64,000 bases of DNA. It comes from Mobula birostris (Eukaryota). Both the position numbers and the translations under genes were made by a program. How positions within the stretch are numbered: position 1 is the stretch's first letter; each line of letters opens with the position of its first letter. Shown piece after piece: positions 37,435-49,005 of the stretch. The DNA lies in NCBI RefSeq assembly GCF_030028105.1, contig NC_092387.1, positions 8,337,305 through 8,401,304 of the forward strand, read 5' to 3'. The notes beneath the pieces were generated by a model. That model worked only from the letters and a program-made list of their open reading frames with translations, was not told where the DNA came from and made no database searches.

Positions 37435-38830
37435 GTAGTAGCAACACACACAAGTTGCTGGGGGAACTCAGCAGCCCAGCCAGCATCTATGGAAAAGAGT
37501 AAACAGTTGAGGTTTCGGGCTGAGACCCTTCATTGGGACTGGAAAGGAAGGGAGTGAGGGGAGGAAGAAGTATAAAATGGCAGGTGATCGGTGAAACCGG
37601 GAGAGGGGTAGAGGTGAAGTAAAGAGCTGGGAAGTTGATTGGTGAAAGAGATAAAGGGCTGGAGGAGAGGGAATCTGATAGGAGAGCGTAGAAGACTATG
37701 GAAGAAAGGGAAGGGGGAGGAAAACCAGAGGGAGTTGATGGACAGGTCAGGAGATAAGGTGAAAGAGGAAACTGAAATAGGGGAATGTTGAAAGAGAGGA
37801 GAAGGGAGCAATTACCAGAAGTTTGAGAAATCGATGTTCATGCCATCTGGTTGGAAGCTACCCGAATGAAATAGGTGTTGCTCCTCCAACCTGAGTGTGG
37901 CCTCTTTGTGGCAATAGAGGAGGCCATGGACTGACATGTCAGAATGGAAATGGGAAGTGGAATTAAAATGGGTGGCTACCAGGAAATCTTACTTTTTATG
38001 GTGGATGGAGTGAAGGTGCTCGATGAAGTGGTCTCCCAATCTATGTCAGATCTCACTGCGAAAATAGGATACAGTAGATGACCCCGAAAGACTCGCAAGT
38101 GAAGTGTCGCCTTACCTGGAGGGACTGTTTGGGGCCCTGAATGGTAGTGAGGGAGGAGGTGTAGGGGCAGGTGTGGCACTTGTTCTGGTTGCAAGGATAA
38201 GTACCAGGAGGGAGATTAATGGGGAGGGACGAGTGGACAAGGGAGTTGCGTAGGGAGTGATCCCTGTGGAAAGCGGAAAGTGGGGGGGAGGGAAAGATGT
38301 GCTTGGTGGTGGAGGTTACTCTTTGTTTGAACATCTCCACCCCATCCACCACAAAAAGCAGGATTTCCCAGTGGCCACCTATTTCAATTCCACTTTCCAT
38401 TCCCGTTCCAACATGTCAGTCCATGGCCTCCACTTCTGCCATGGTGAGGCCACTCTCAGGTTGGAGGAGCAACACCTTGTATTCTGTCTGAGTAGCCTCC
38501 AATCTGATGGCTTGAACATCGATTTCTCCAACTTCCAGTAATTCTTTTTCCCCTCTCACTTCCTTCTTCAATTCCCCACTCTGGCCTCTTACACCACCCC
38601 CTGTCTTTCACCATTCCCCATTCCTATTTCCCTCTCTTACCTACTACCTTGTACTTCTTCCACCCTTCCCCCACCTTCTTAGTCTGATTCCGTACCCCTT
38701 CCTTTCCAGTCCTCATTAAGGGTTTAGGCCCAAAACATTGTCATCTCCACAGATGCTGCCTGGTTTGCTGAGTTCCTCCAGAATTTTGTGTGTGTTGCTT
38801 TGGATTTCCAGCATCTGCAGATTTTCTGGA
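37435..38830. mobile_element. Penelope-like element with inverted halves (other Penelope pieces near 42495-43075, 48245-48635, 59500-59750)
   Basis: RDHSLRNSLVHS, C..C..CPY, FTCESFGVIYCI on minus; LEEQHLVFCL on plus; pseudo-LTRs in opposite orientation. Confidence 0.82.
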
Positions 38831-39063
38831 GTTTCAAATGTAATAACTAGTTTCAGATTAATGAGGTGTAGATATAGCACAGTGAAGAGTGTCCCTCCAC
38901 CTTCTCCTTGACCTATGGTCTGAGAATTTGTCATATACATATGGTCTGGGTTCTGATCATAGCTGATTTCTTCCCAGCCTTCTCTCAATTCCTTTTGTTT
39001 TTCATTCTCTGTTATGTGGTGGATACGATCACTGATCTGTTTCAAATATTTTAATTTCTGCAG

Positions 39064-39194
39064 AAAATTAATCACTTTCCAGGAATGAGTGAGATTTGTA
39101 GGAAGGACCTACTGGCCAGGAATTTGAACAGGATGCTGAAACTCTTCCCAAAGGAATATAACATCTTCCCCCGTACATGGTGTTTACCTGCCGA
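39064..39194 (+). CDS. TTLL13: TTLL13-like coding exon 4 (KINHFPGMSEICRKDLLARNLNRMLKLFPKEYNIFPRTWCLPA)
   Basis: cag| and |GTGAGT; 131 nt; not in the ORF track. Confidence 0.96.
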
Positions 39195-39441
39195 GTGAGT
39201 GATCTTAAATGGGCTGTAGGTGATCTTCTAAAAGTTAAAGATCTGTGGCTAATTTTTTTAATCAAAAGGACCTTGTATTTATCCAGCATCTCATCATATT
39301 TCTCAGGATGCCTCACAACACTGCACAGACATCGAGAATTGGAAGCACACTCACCTTTTTGTTACATAAGCAAGTGCTCTTCAAGGTACCACAGAGAGTA
39401 CCCAGGGGTTCATTAGGTCTTGTATTGGTATTTAAGGAATA

Positions 39442-40867
39442 CGGTGGATTCCAGTTAATTGGGACACATTGAAACTGGTACTCAGCTTAATTATGAGGGG
39501 TGATTAATAAGTTTGTGGCCCAAGGTAGAAGGAGTCAATTTTAGAAAACATAGTCCCCTCCTACATGTATACAATTAGTCCAGTGGTCATGGAGCATACG
39601 GATCCCTTCTTTGTAGAAGTGATCCACAGCAGGGGTGAATGATAAGTTCGTGGGCTAAGGTAGAAGGAGGTGAGTTATTAACTTAAAACTTTCTGCATTA
39701 TCACTCAAAGAGTTGAACTGCATTTGCGTGTAATGAGAGTGTCTTGGACCTCCAGATGGTCGACAGCAGGGATGATTGATAAGTTTGTGGCCTAAGGTAG
39801 AAGGAGATGAGTTATACAGCTCTTGTTACATGCACGTGCAGTTCAACTCTTTGAGTGAAGATGCAGAATGTTTGAAGTTTCTCCTCATCGCCTACTTTAG
39901 GCCATGAACTTATCAATCACCCTTGCTGTGGACCACTTCTGGAGGTCCAAGACGCTGACTTCTACAAAGACGGGATCCGTATGCTCCACGACCACTGGAC
40001 TAAGTGTGTAAATGTAGGAAAAATAAATGTGCTAGGTTTTCTAAAAATGACTCCTTCTACCCTAGGCCACGAACTTATCAATCACCCCTCATAAGTGGTT
40101 GTCTCAATCAGCCAAAGTTTCATGGAAATAGTTAAAAAGGTATAAAAAAGACAAACTACCATTGAACAGAGTAACAAATTGTGTATTAAATTAAATACAG
40201 ATCACATTAGAACACTACCAATACTATCATAGTACTTACTGTAAAACTGAGTATTAGTTCCTAATGATTATCAACGGAGGAATTCATCCTGTATTCGCTG
40301 CTGTGTTCTTGTGATTGACTGTAAATGAACAAAATCAGTGCACATAATGAACTGCCTTCATACAATGTTTTCATCAATTGTATCCTTCAAATCTTTATTT
40401 TCATTGTAACATTCAAACGGTTGTCGATACTTTCAAATTCTTCATAGTTCTTAATTTGTTGAAGTAGTGAAATCATTTAATTTTAACTCGCAGCTGTTTC
40501 TCTCATCTCAAAGCCTGAATGCTTGAAACCATAGTGAGCAAAACAGTTCTGAATTGTCTTACAGCTTATTTCTTGCCAACTACCATTGACAAAGATAATT
40601 GCTTTTTGAACACAAACACATGTAACTGATGCTATTTAAAACTGTTCTCTCTAAGCATGGTGTAGAGTCTAACATCCACACAAATGCATGTGAAATGCTG
40701 GTTAGAAACTGTTCAACAACAGTCTCCTGTTCTTATTAAGCGGCATAGTGTTCAAATAAATGATAGGAATCCCAACTATTTTCTTGACTAGTTTATGTCC
40801 TTTAAGACTTGTCCAGATAAACGGCTGTCCTGATTTAACCAATGGCCCAATTAACTGTAAACCACCG
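39442..40867. mobile_element. Tigger/pogo-like non-autonomous DNA transposon
   Basis: TA flanks at 39440-39441 and 40868-40869; inverted termini cggtggattccagttaattggg / cccaattaactgtaaaccaccg. Confidence 0.78.
39494..40091. mobile_element. Mariner-type MITE, palindromic, nested in the Tigger-like element
   Basis: TA flanks; termini tgaggggtgattaataagtttgtggc / gccacgaacttatcaatcacccctca; three more internal terminus copies. Confidence 0.88.
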
Positions 40868-41130
40868 TATTGGGAGCTGTTCCTGCTGACAATTAACCAG
40901 TCACAATATGGCTCTTCTTGGGGGCAATGTTAAATTTCTTTGGAGCACCTGGTAAATGGGTCAGAGATATAGGTGGATTTGCACGATTCACTTCAGGAGA
41001 ACTGATTGTTGTTTGACTGAACTGGTGTTTGACCCTCCTGGTTAGTACTCATCACATTTAGTTGTGACCTACATTGATATTTAGATATTTGTCACATGAT
41101 CTTTGTACATTCTCTTTATATTCTGCACAG

Positions 41131-41287
41131 TTTTGGCGATTTTCAGGCCTACTGCAGGACGAGGAAGCCCAAGACGTATATATGTAAACCAGACTGTGGA
41201 TGTCAGGGCCGGGGGATTTTCATTACCAGGAATCTAAAGGAGATTAAACATGGGGACCGATTGATCTGCCAACATTACATCTCCAAG
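41131..41287 (+). CDS. TTLL13: TTLL13-like coding exon 5 (..TYICKPDCGCQGRGIF..CQHYISK)
   Basis: ATP-grasp KP..G.QGRGI motif; canonical splice sites; 157 nt. Confidence 0.96.
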
Positions 41288-42073
41288 GTATCATGTTGCA
41301 GTAATAGCATAAAAGTAGGTCAGTAAAAGAGTGAATAAACATTTTACTTCCACTTCCACCCCACAAACCTCCACACTCTCAACTTTCCTCTGTCGGTACT
41401 TAGTAATGAAACCTTTTAAATAACATAATGCTGAAGTTTTCTACAATTAGAAGCCAGGAAAGAGGATTAAGGTGTGCAGGTTTATTTCAAGAGCTATTAA
41501 TGACACCAATGCCATGGGCCAATGACTTCCTACAGTGCTGTGTGATTCTGTGATCCTACCTATTACAAATATTAATTTCATGTCTCTATTCCAAAAATGA
41601 ATTATTCAAAATTCATTTTATTTCAATTTGGTCGTTCATTATTCCTCCTTTGGACAAAATTGGAATCACTTTTCTTTCCAGCTTACTCTTCTCCTTGTCC
41701 CGCTGATGCAGTTTGGCCACTAGACCAAGACACAACACTCAATGAACAGAGCGACACACACACAAAATGCTGGACAAACTCAGCAGGTCAGGTAGCATTT
41801 TTAGAAATGTAGAAGGATCTCAGCCTGAAACATCGATTGTTGATTTTCATGGGTGTTGCCTGACCTGCTGAGTTCCTCCTACATTTTGTGTGCATTGCTG
41901 TGGATTTCCAGCATCTGTAGAATCTCTTGTTTACTGTTTACTATTTCTGCAGGGCAGAAGTAGTTTCGCTGTCATTTAAGCGAAGTCTGTTATTATCTGC
42001 TGTAGGGATGATTGACACCAGATTTGCACTGTTAATCACACTCTTAATAAAGTTTCTGTTGTTTCATTCACAG

Positions 42074-42217
42074 CCTTTCCTCATTGATGGTTTCAAATTT
42101 GACCTCCGTGTCTATGTCTTGGTCACATCCTGTGACCCCTTTCGGATTTATATTTATAACGAAGGTCTGGCAAGGTTTGCAACAAGCAAGTACATCGAGC
42201 CCTCTAGCAGCAACTTG
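42074..42217 (+). CDS. TTLL13: TTLL13-like coding exon 6 (PFLIDGFKFDLRVYVLVTS..EGLARFAT)
   Basis: KFDLR TTL motif; 144 nt; phase 0/0. Confidence 0.96.
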
Positions 42218-44129
42218 GTAACTCGATTTCTGCCTTCATCGTATTATGTCAAAGCATAATTTCTTTACTCGGAGTTTTGCTTGCGTCCAAGCCCCTTGTC
42301 ACAGTAAAATGACATTGCAGAGGAAAATAGAAAATTCCTTTATTTTTCTGTGCCTTTCATTTTTCAATCAACTTATCACTGCTTTAAGATAGAAAATGTG
42401 CGGGCATAATGTGTCTGGCAACCTCCCACAAATACCAAACAGCACCTTTGGCCAAGAAGGGGAAAATGACCAAGGCACAAGATATTTCCTCTGCAATACA
42501 CACAAAATGCTGGAGGAATTCAAAGGGTCAGGTAGCATCTGTGGAAATTAATAAACAGTTGACATTTTGGGCTGGGACGCTTCATCAGGACTAGAAAGGA
42601 AGGAAGAAAGTGCCAGAATAAGAAGGTGGGGGGAGGGAAAGAAGGTCAAACTAGAAAGTGATGGGTGAATCCAGTTTGGGGGGGGGGAAGAAGCTGAGAG
42701 GTGATGGGTAGGAAAGGCAAAGGGTTGGCGAGGAAGGAATCTGATAGGAGAGGAAAGTGGACTATGGGAGAAAGGAAGGAGGAAGGACACTGGGGGAGGT
42801 GATAGGCAAGTGAGGAGACAAGGTAAGAAGCTCGAGTGGGGAATTGAAGAAGAGAGAAGTGGGAGGGGAAAAAGAATTACTGGAAGTTGGAGTAATCAGT
42901 GTTTATGCCATCAGGTTGAAGGTGCAGACGGAATTGGAAGTGCTGCTCCTCCACCATGAGAGTGGCCTCATCATGGCAGTAAAGGGGACCATGGACCCAC
43001 ATGTCAGAATGGGAATGCGGACTGGAAATGAAATGGTTGGCTGCTGGGAAATTCCACTTTTCTCCCATGTTCTGCAGCTTTGTGGTTTAATGTATAGAGT
43101 GATTCCTCCATCAGTGCAGTAGTTTGGAAGTTGTCACCTTGGAAGTGTGTCTTGGTGTGGGCCTAGTGGTGAGTTTGACATGTGGTAGAGACAACTACTT
43201 GAGATTTTCTTCTCAAGTTCAAGTTCAAACTTAATTGTCATCCAACTGTACACATGTATGCATCTAAATGAAATAGCATTCCTCGAGGGTCAAGATGCAA
43301 AGCACAGTACATAGAGTCACACACAGCATGCAGCACATGTAGTTACGGTAGCACATACAGTTACAAAAGAATAATATTAATACAAGTCCCTGAGTGTCCT
43401 GGCCTGAAGATTGATAGTGCATGGAATGTTGTACTGGAGCCACGTCTCTGCAAGAACAAGTGCACAGCAGTTCCTCATTTTGTGCTGGGTCAGCTGCAGA
43501 CAAATGCAATCCAGCTTGACTTTAAAAAAAAAATATTTGTTTAGAGGTACAGTGGGAATAGGCCCTCTTAGCCCTTCGAGCCATCGAGCCTTCGAGCAAC
43601 CTCCAATTTAACCCTAGCCTTAACATGGAACAATTTACAATATCCAGTTCACCTACTAACTGGTATGTGTTTGGACTGTGGGAGGAAACTGTAGTGCCCA
43701 GAGGAAACCCACACATTCCACGGGGAGGACATACAAATTCCTTCCAGTTGGCACTGGGATTTATACCCCGAGTTGTAATAGCATCGTGCTAATTGATGTG
43801 CTAACATGGCAACCCACAGAGCAAACACTGGAGAGCAGCATGGACAGGAAAGCTGGCCTGCAGGGGCTTTCCCCTAATCCTCTGTTCTCTCTCCATCTGG
43901 GCTCCATTGCCTTTTTCTCATCTGGAAGATGGTAGATGTTACTGGGTAATTAGGCCACATGCTGTTGCTAGTTATCCCCCCTTATTACAATGTTTGGCCA
44001 ACCAAAGATCTTAAATAATCCTGGAATTCTGCCATGTTTTCATTTCTAACTCACTAATTTGTGCTGTCTATACTTTAGACCCCAAAAGCTTGGGAAGGTC
44101 TCTGAACTACTATCACTCCCTTAGTGCAT

Positions 44130-45510
44130 AAATTGCATTACTTAAAGTAGTTCATGGCATATGGCTTAATGCTGATGCAGGTAACATATCAGTTCTTGTT
44201 CTCCTTGGTTTGAGTGCAGCATTTGATACTGTAGATCACAGCATTCTTGTAAAGCATCTCAATGGGACAATGGACAGGTCCTTCTGGTACCACCTTAAGC
44301 TGGCTTCAATCTTGTATAGCAGGAAGAAAATGAAAATTCTTTGTTAGCTGTGGTGATTGTGTGTCTAAAATCCACGACACTGTGTTTGGTGTGCCACAAA
44401 GATCAATTCTTGGCCCATTGTTGTTCTCACTCTGTATGCTCCCATTAAGTCAGATTATTTCAAAAGGCAGGGTGAATTACCACAGCTATGCAGACAACAC
44501 ATGACTGTATTTGTCTATTACACCAGATGAGCTCGAGGCTCTAAGCTGTGGTCTGCTATCTTGCGAGCATTACAGAATGGATGAACTCAAATTTCTTTAA
44601 CTTAATTAAGGGGGAGAAAAACAGAAATTTTGTTTATTGGTAGCAGTATGAATCTTGGAAATAAACTTGATTACCCAGCCTTCCAGATCAAGCCAGGAGT
44701 AAAACAATTTAGGCATTGTTATTGACTCTGAGCTAAGTTACAAATCACATATTAACCATATTATTAAGACTGTGTTCTTTCATTTAAGAAACATTGGAAG
44801 AGTTTGATTTCTTATAACATCTCAAGAAACAGAAAAATTGATACACACTTTTGTTTTTAGCCGATTAGACTACTGTAACACGCTCTTTTTAGGACTGCCT
44901 AAGAAAGCAGCTTGATCGAAATACAGTAGCAAGAATCTTTAAAAAAATTCAGCACATTTTATCAGTTTTAGCGTCATTACATTGCCTGCCTGTGTCCTTT
45001 AGGATCAACTTTAAAATACTCTTAATTGTGTACTAGACTCTGTATAGTCTAGCTACTCCATATATTTTGGAGTGTCTATCCCCTTGCATCTCTAATTGTA
45101 ATCTTATATCCATGAATACTGGTTTCTTAGTGTTCATACAGCCAAGGGTATAAGAACTGGTGATGTGACCTTTTGCTCTTATGTACCAAAAATCTGCAAT
45201 TCTCTGCTGACTGAGATACGCCAGACCGGTACTGTGGAATGTTTCAAAATATTTCTGAAAATCTACTTTTTTAATTTGGCCTACTTATAGGATTACTTGG
45301 TGCCTGCTGATGTTGATTACATTTATATAATTAGATATATTTGATTACATTTTATTCTATATAATGTTTGTCTTATGAGTTTAAATTTTGTATCGTATTT
45401 TTGTGACTATATTAATTTAGCTTTACAATCTATGTAAAGTACTTTTGAGCCTGCATCTTAAAGTATGAAAGGTGCTATATGTATAAATAAACTTATTGTT
45501 ATTATTACTA
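44130..45510 (+). mobile_element. Degenerate L2-clade LINE
   Basis: LSAAFDTVDH, GVPQ.SILGPLLF, HSYADNT and RLDYCN motifs read manually; tail aaaggtgctatat..aataaa..(tta)n. Confidence 0.8.
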
Positions 45511-46346
45511 ATATTAGACAATGCATTCCAGGTCTACAGACAAAGATCAGCAGTTGCTACACTAGAGACTCAGTGGGAACATAGACTTAGCAGTTTGCAT
45601 CGATAATAGCTTACACTTTTATAGTTTGAATGATCCATAGTTTAGTCATGGTGCCGTCAACAACACAATGAACAAGAATCAAAAGAGCTGGGAGCTATGA
45701 TTCATTGGTGAAGATGGCCAGAGATAATCTCATTAGGACAAAAAGGTCATTAAGCTGAAACCTTATGTCTTTTTTTCAATCTCCACAAATGCTGTCTGAT
45801 CTGACCAAATTCCAGGAATTTTTTTTTTCCCGATTCCCAGCATCTGTAGTATCTGTAGCTTATTGATTTATAGATACCAGAGGTTATTTCATCACTCCTG
45901 ATGAAGAGTCTCTGTCTAAAATGTTAATTATTTGTTCTCCTTCATAGATGCTGCCTGACCTGCTAAGTTCCTCCAGCATTTTGTGAGCGTTCCTCTAGAT
46001 TTCCAGCATCTGCAGAATCTCTTGTTTTGAGAGATTATTTTAAACTGGGCATTGAAAGAGATGTTAGGATAAGTAACCTAAAGCATTGTTCATGGGTTTA
46101 AGGAGCTTCCTGGTGAGATGTAGGAGAGGGAAACCCTTAAGGAAGGAATTCAAAAGTTTGGGACCAATACAGCTGAAGACCCATTCACCAATGGCAAAGG
46201 TGTGTAAGAGACTGGAACTGGAGGTATACAGACATCTCCAAGGGTTAATGGACTGGAGAAGGTTACAGTGTTTGTAAGGAATGTGGGCATGAAGGGTGCT
46301 TGTAAAATTCTTGTTTCAAATGATTGAAGTATGTTGTTGATGACAG

Positions 46347-46432
46347 GATGACATCTGTATGCACTTGACAAACTATGCTATCAACAGGCATAGCAAGAAT
46401 TTCATCAGAGATGGCGACAGTGGCAGCAAAAG
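46347..46432 (+). CDS. TTLL13: TTLL13-like coding exon 7 (DDICMHLTNYAINRHSKNFIRDGDSGSKR)
   Basis: MHLTNY motif; 86 nt; phases match the flanking exons; not in the ORF track. Confidence 0.95.
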
Positions 46433-47907
46433 GTACTTAAATGGGTTGGGGAAAGAAATCTTAAAGTAGACCTTGTTCTCTTCACTATCAGTATCTCACA
46501 TCATTATTGAAAACACTGGTTAAGGTAACTGGGCAAGTCATTGAGGGAATGTATGGCACCAGGTATCACTAATGACTGATTTAGACAGATCCCACAACAC
46601 TTGTGGGCAACTAGCATAGCACTTCAAAGCACCAATAATCAGGGTATAATTCCTGCCATAGTCTGTAAGGAGTTTGTACCTTCTTGCCGTCACCATGTGG
46701 GTTTCTTCCGGTTCAGTTCTACATTTCAAAGATGAACAGGTTAGTAAGTTGTGGGGATGCTATGTTGCCGTTGGAATCATGGCAACATTTGTGGGCTGCC
46801 CCAGCACGTCCTTGGACTGTGTTGGTTGTTGACTCAATGACACGTTTCACTGTAGTATGTTTCAGTGTAGATGTGACAAAAAAGATAACCTTTCTATCAC
46901 TTGAGTACAAAGTAAAGGAACTTCTGATAAATCTTAGGGTATAAATATGATGTCATTGTCCTATTTTCCAGTAAACCAATACAAATATCAGTTGTACTGT
47001 TGGTGCAATATGTTTCTCAATCAATCATTCTTGTAATAGGAATTTGTATGACACCAGCAGTGAAGCCATGACAGTTTCACCCGGGTCACCTGGGACCATT
47101 TTATTCACCAATTGTAACATCTTCAAAATAATTCTCAGTGGGAGCATAACTGGAGTCTTCTAGCTCATTATAAAGATTAATTTATTTGTCACATGTACAT
47201 CATGATATACAGTGAAATGCATCATTTGTGTCAAAGCAAATCAGCAAGGATCACACTGGGGGAAGACTACACTTCCAGCTCCAACATAGCATGGCCACAG
47301 CTCACTAACCCTAACCTACCCATCTTTGGAGTGTGGGATGAAACAGGAGCACCTGAGGGAAAACCCATGCAATCACAGAGACAGCATACAAACTCCTTTT
47401 AGACAGCAGAGGGAATTGGCGATTGGCAATCGCTGGTGTTGTGATAGCATTACTCTAACTGGTATGTTACCTGCTGCCCCATATCAGATAGAATTAAAAA
47501 CTGGTACTTTTTGTACCAGACAACTGACCTGCGATTCCAGTCATACACTTCTTCTTCTGCAGCCCATCAACCCTGTTGAGGCATACACCACCATCAGCAG
47601 CTCCCCAGAGTCCCCTGTCCTAGGCCATTCTTTCCAAGTTATCCCCACCTTCTTGGGTCCCTTCCTTGCCAGGAATGAGGTCTTTGGTGTTTCTGTAGCT
47701 CTGGGTTTTTACAGGATGGTATTATTAGCCCCAAGCCCAGCCCTCCTCCTTTCGCATCCAGGCTTGGGACCATCCATGGAAAAGTTGCTCATACAGTTAG
47801 GTAATATCAAAAATATACCTATTGGTGCCTGACCTACAAGTTAATCATAGTGCAATCTTTATCCAGCTTTGTATTAATTCACCCATTCTGTGTTCTGTGT
47901 TGTACAG

Positions 47908-48127
47908 AAAATTGTCTTCACTTAATAAGTGGTTGACAGATCATGGACACAGCGTGACAAAGGTCTGGACGGACATTGAGGATGTCATTGTTAAAACTCT
48001 AATCTCTGCCTACCCGATCTTAAAGCACAATTACCGAACCTGTTTCTCCAATCATTTCTGCGCCTGCTTTGAGATACTAGGGTTTGATATTTTGATGGAC
48101 CATAATTTGAAGCCGTGGCTCTTGGAG
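47908..48127 (+). CDS. TTLL13: TTLL13-like coding exon 8 (KLSSL..CFEILGFDILMDHNLKPWLLE)
   Basis: FEILGFD and PWLLE motifs; 220 nt. Confidence 0.96.
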
Positions 48128-49005
48128 GTGGGTTGACAGCAAATTAACTGTGATAAACGTGCACAAGCAATGTAAGGTCTAATCTTGAGGTGACTATTTT
48201 TGATTATATCAGATCAGAAATCAGACTTGTAGTAGAAAACGGTCTGACCCCTTACCTCTTCTCCTTACCTGCCTATCACCTCCCCCAATGTCCCTCCTCC
48301 TTCCCTTCCTCCCATGGTCCACTCTCCTGTCAGATTCCTTCATCTTCAGTCCTTTTCCTTTTCTAACTATCACCTTCCAGCTTTTTACTTCATTCCCTCT
48401 CCCCCTCCATCACCTACCTGGCTTCACCTATCACCTTCTAGCTTGTTCTCTTTCCTCTATCTTTCCCCCCTCACCACTTTCTTATTCTGGCATTTCCAGT
48501 CCCGAGGAAGGGTCTTGGCCTGAAATATCGACCCTTTATTCCTCTTCATAGATGCTGCCTGACCTGGTGAGTTCCTCCAGCTTTTTGTGTGTGTTGCTCT
48601 GGATTTTCAGCATCAGTGGGATCTTGTGTGTTTAGGATTCTTTAGATATCCACAGAAGCTTATTGAACATACAATTGTATTTCACCTGAATGCTGACGGT
48701 ACTGCAGTGCAAGTCTGAGTCAAGTGCAACAGAATTGGTTTATTATTGTCACATGTGAGGAGCTTGTCTGGCATACTGTTCCTACAGATCAAATCAGTAC
48801 CCAGTGCACTGAGGTGGAACAAGGTAAAACAATAACAATGGAGAATAATGTGAAACAGCTACAGAGAAAGTGCAGTTCAGGTAAACAGTAAGGTGCAAGA
48901 TCATAACAAGATAGATTGTGAGGTCAAGAGTCCATCTTATCACACTAAGGAGCTATTTAAGTATTGTAATAGTGGGATAGAATCTTGTCTTGAGCCTGAT
49001 GGTAC

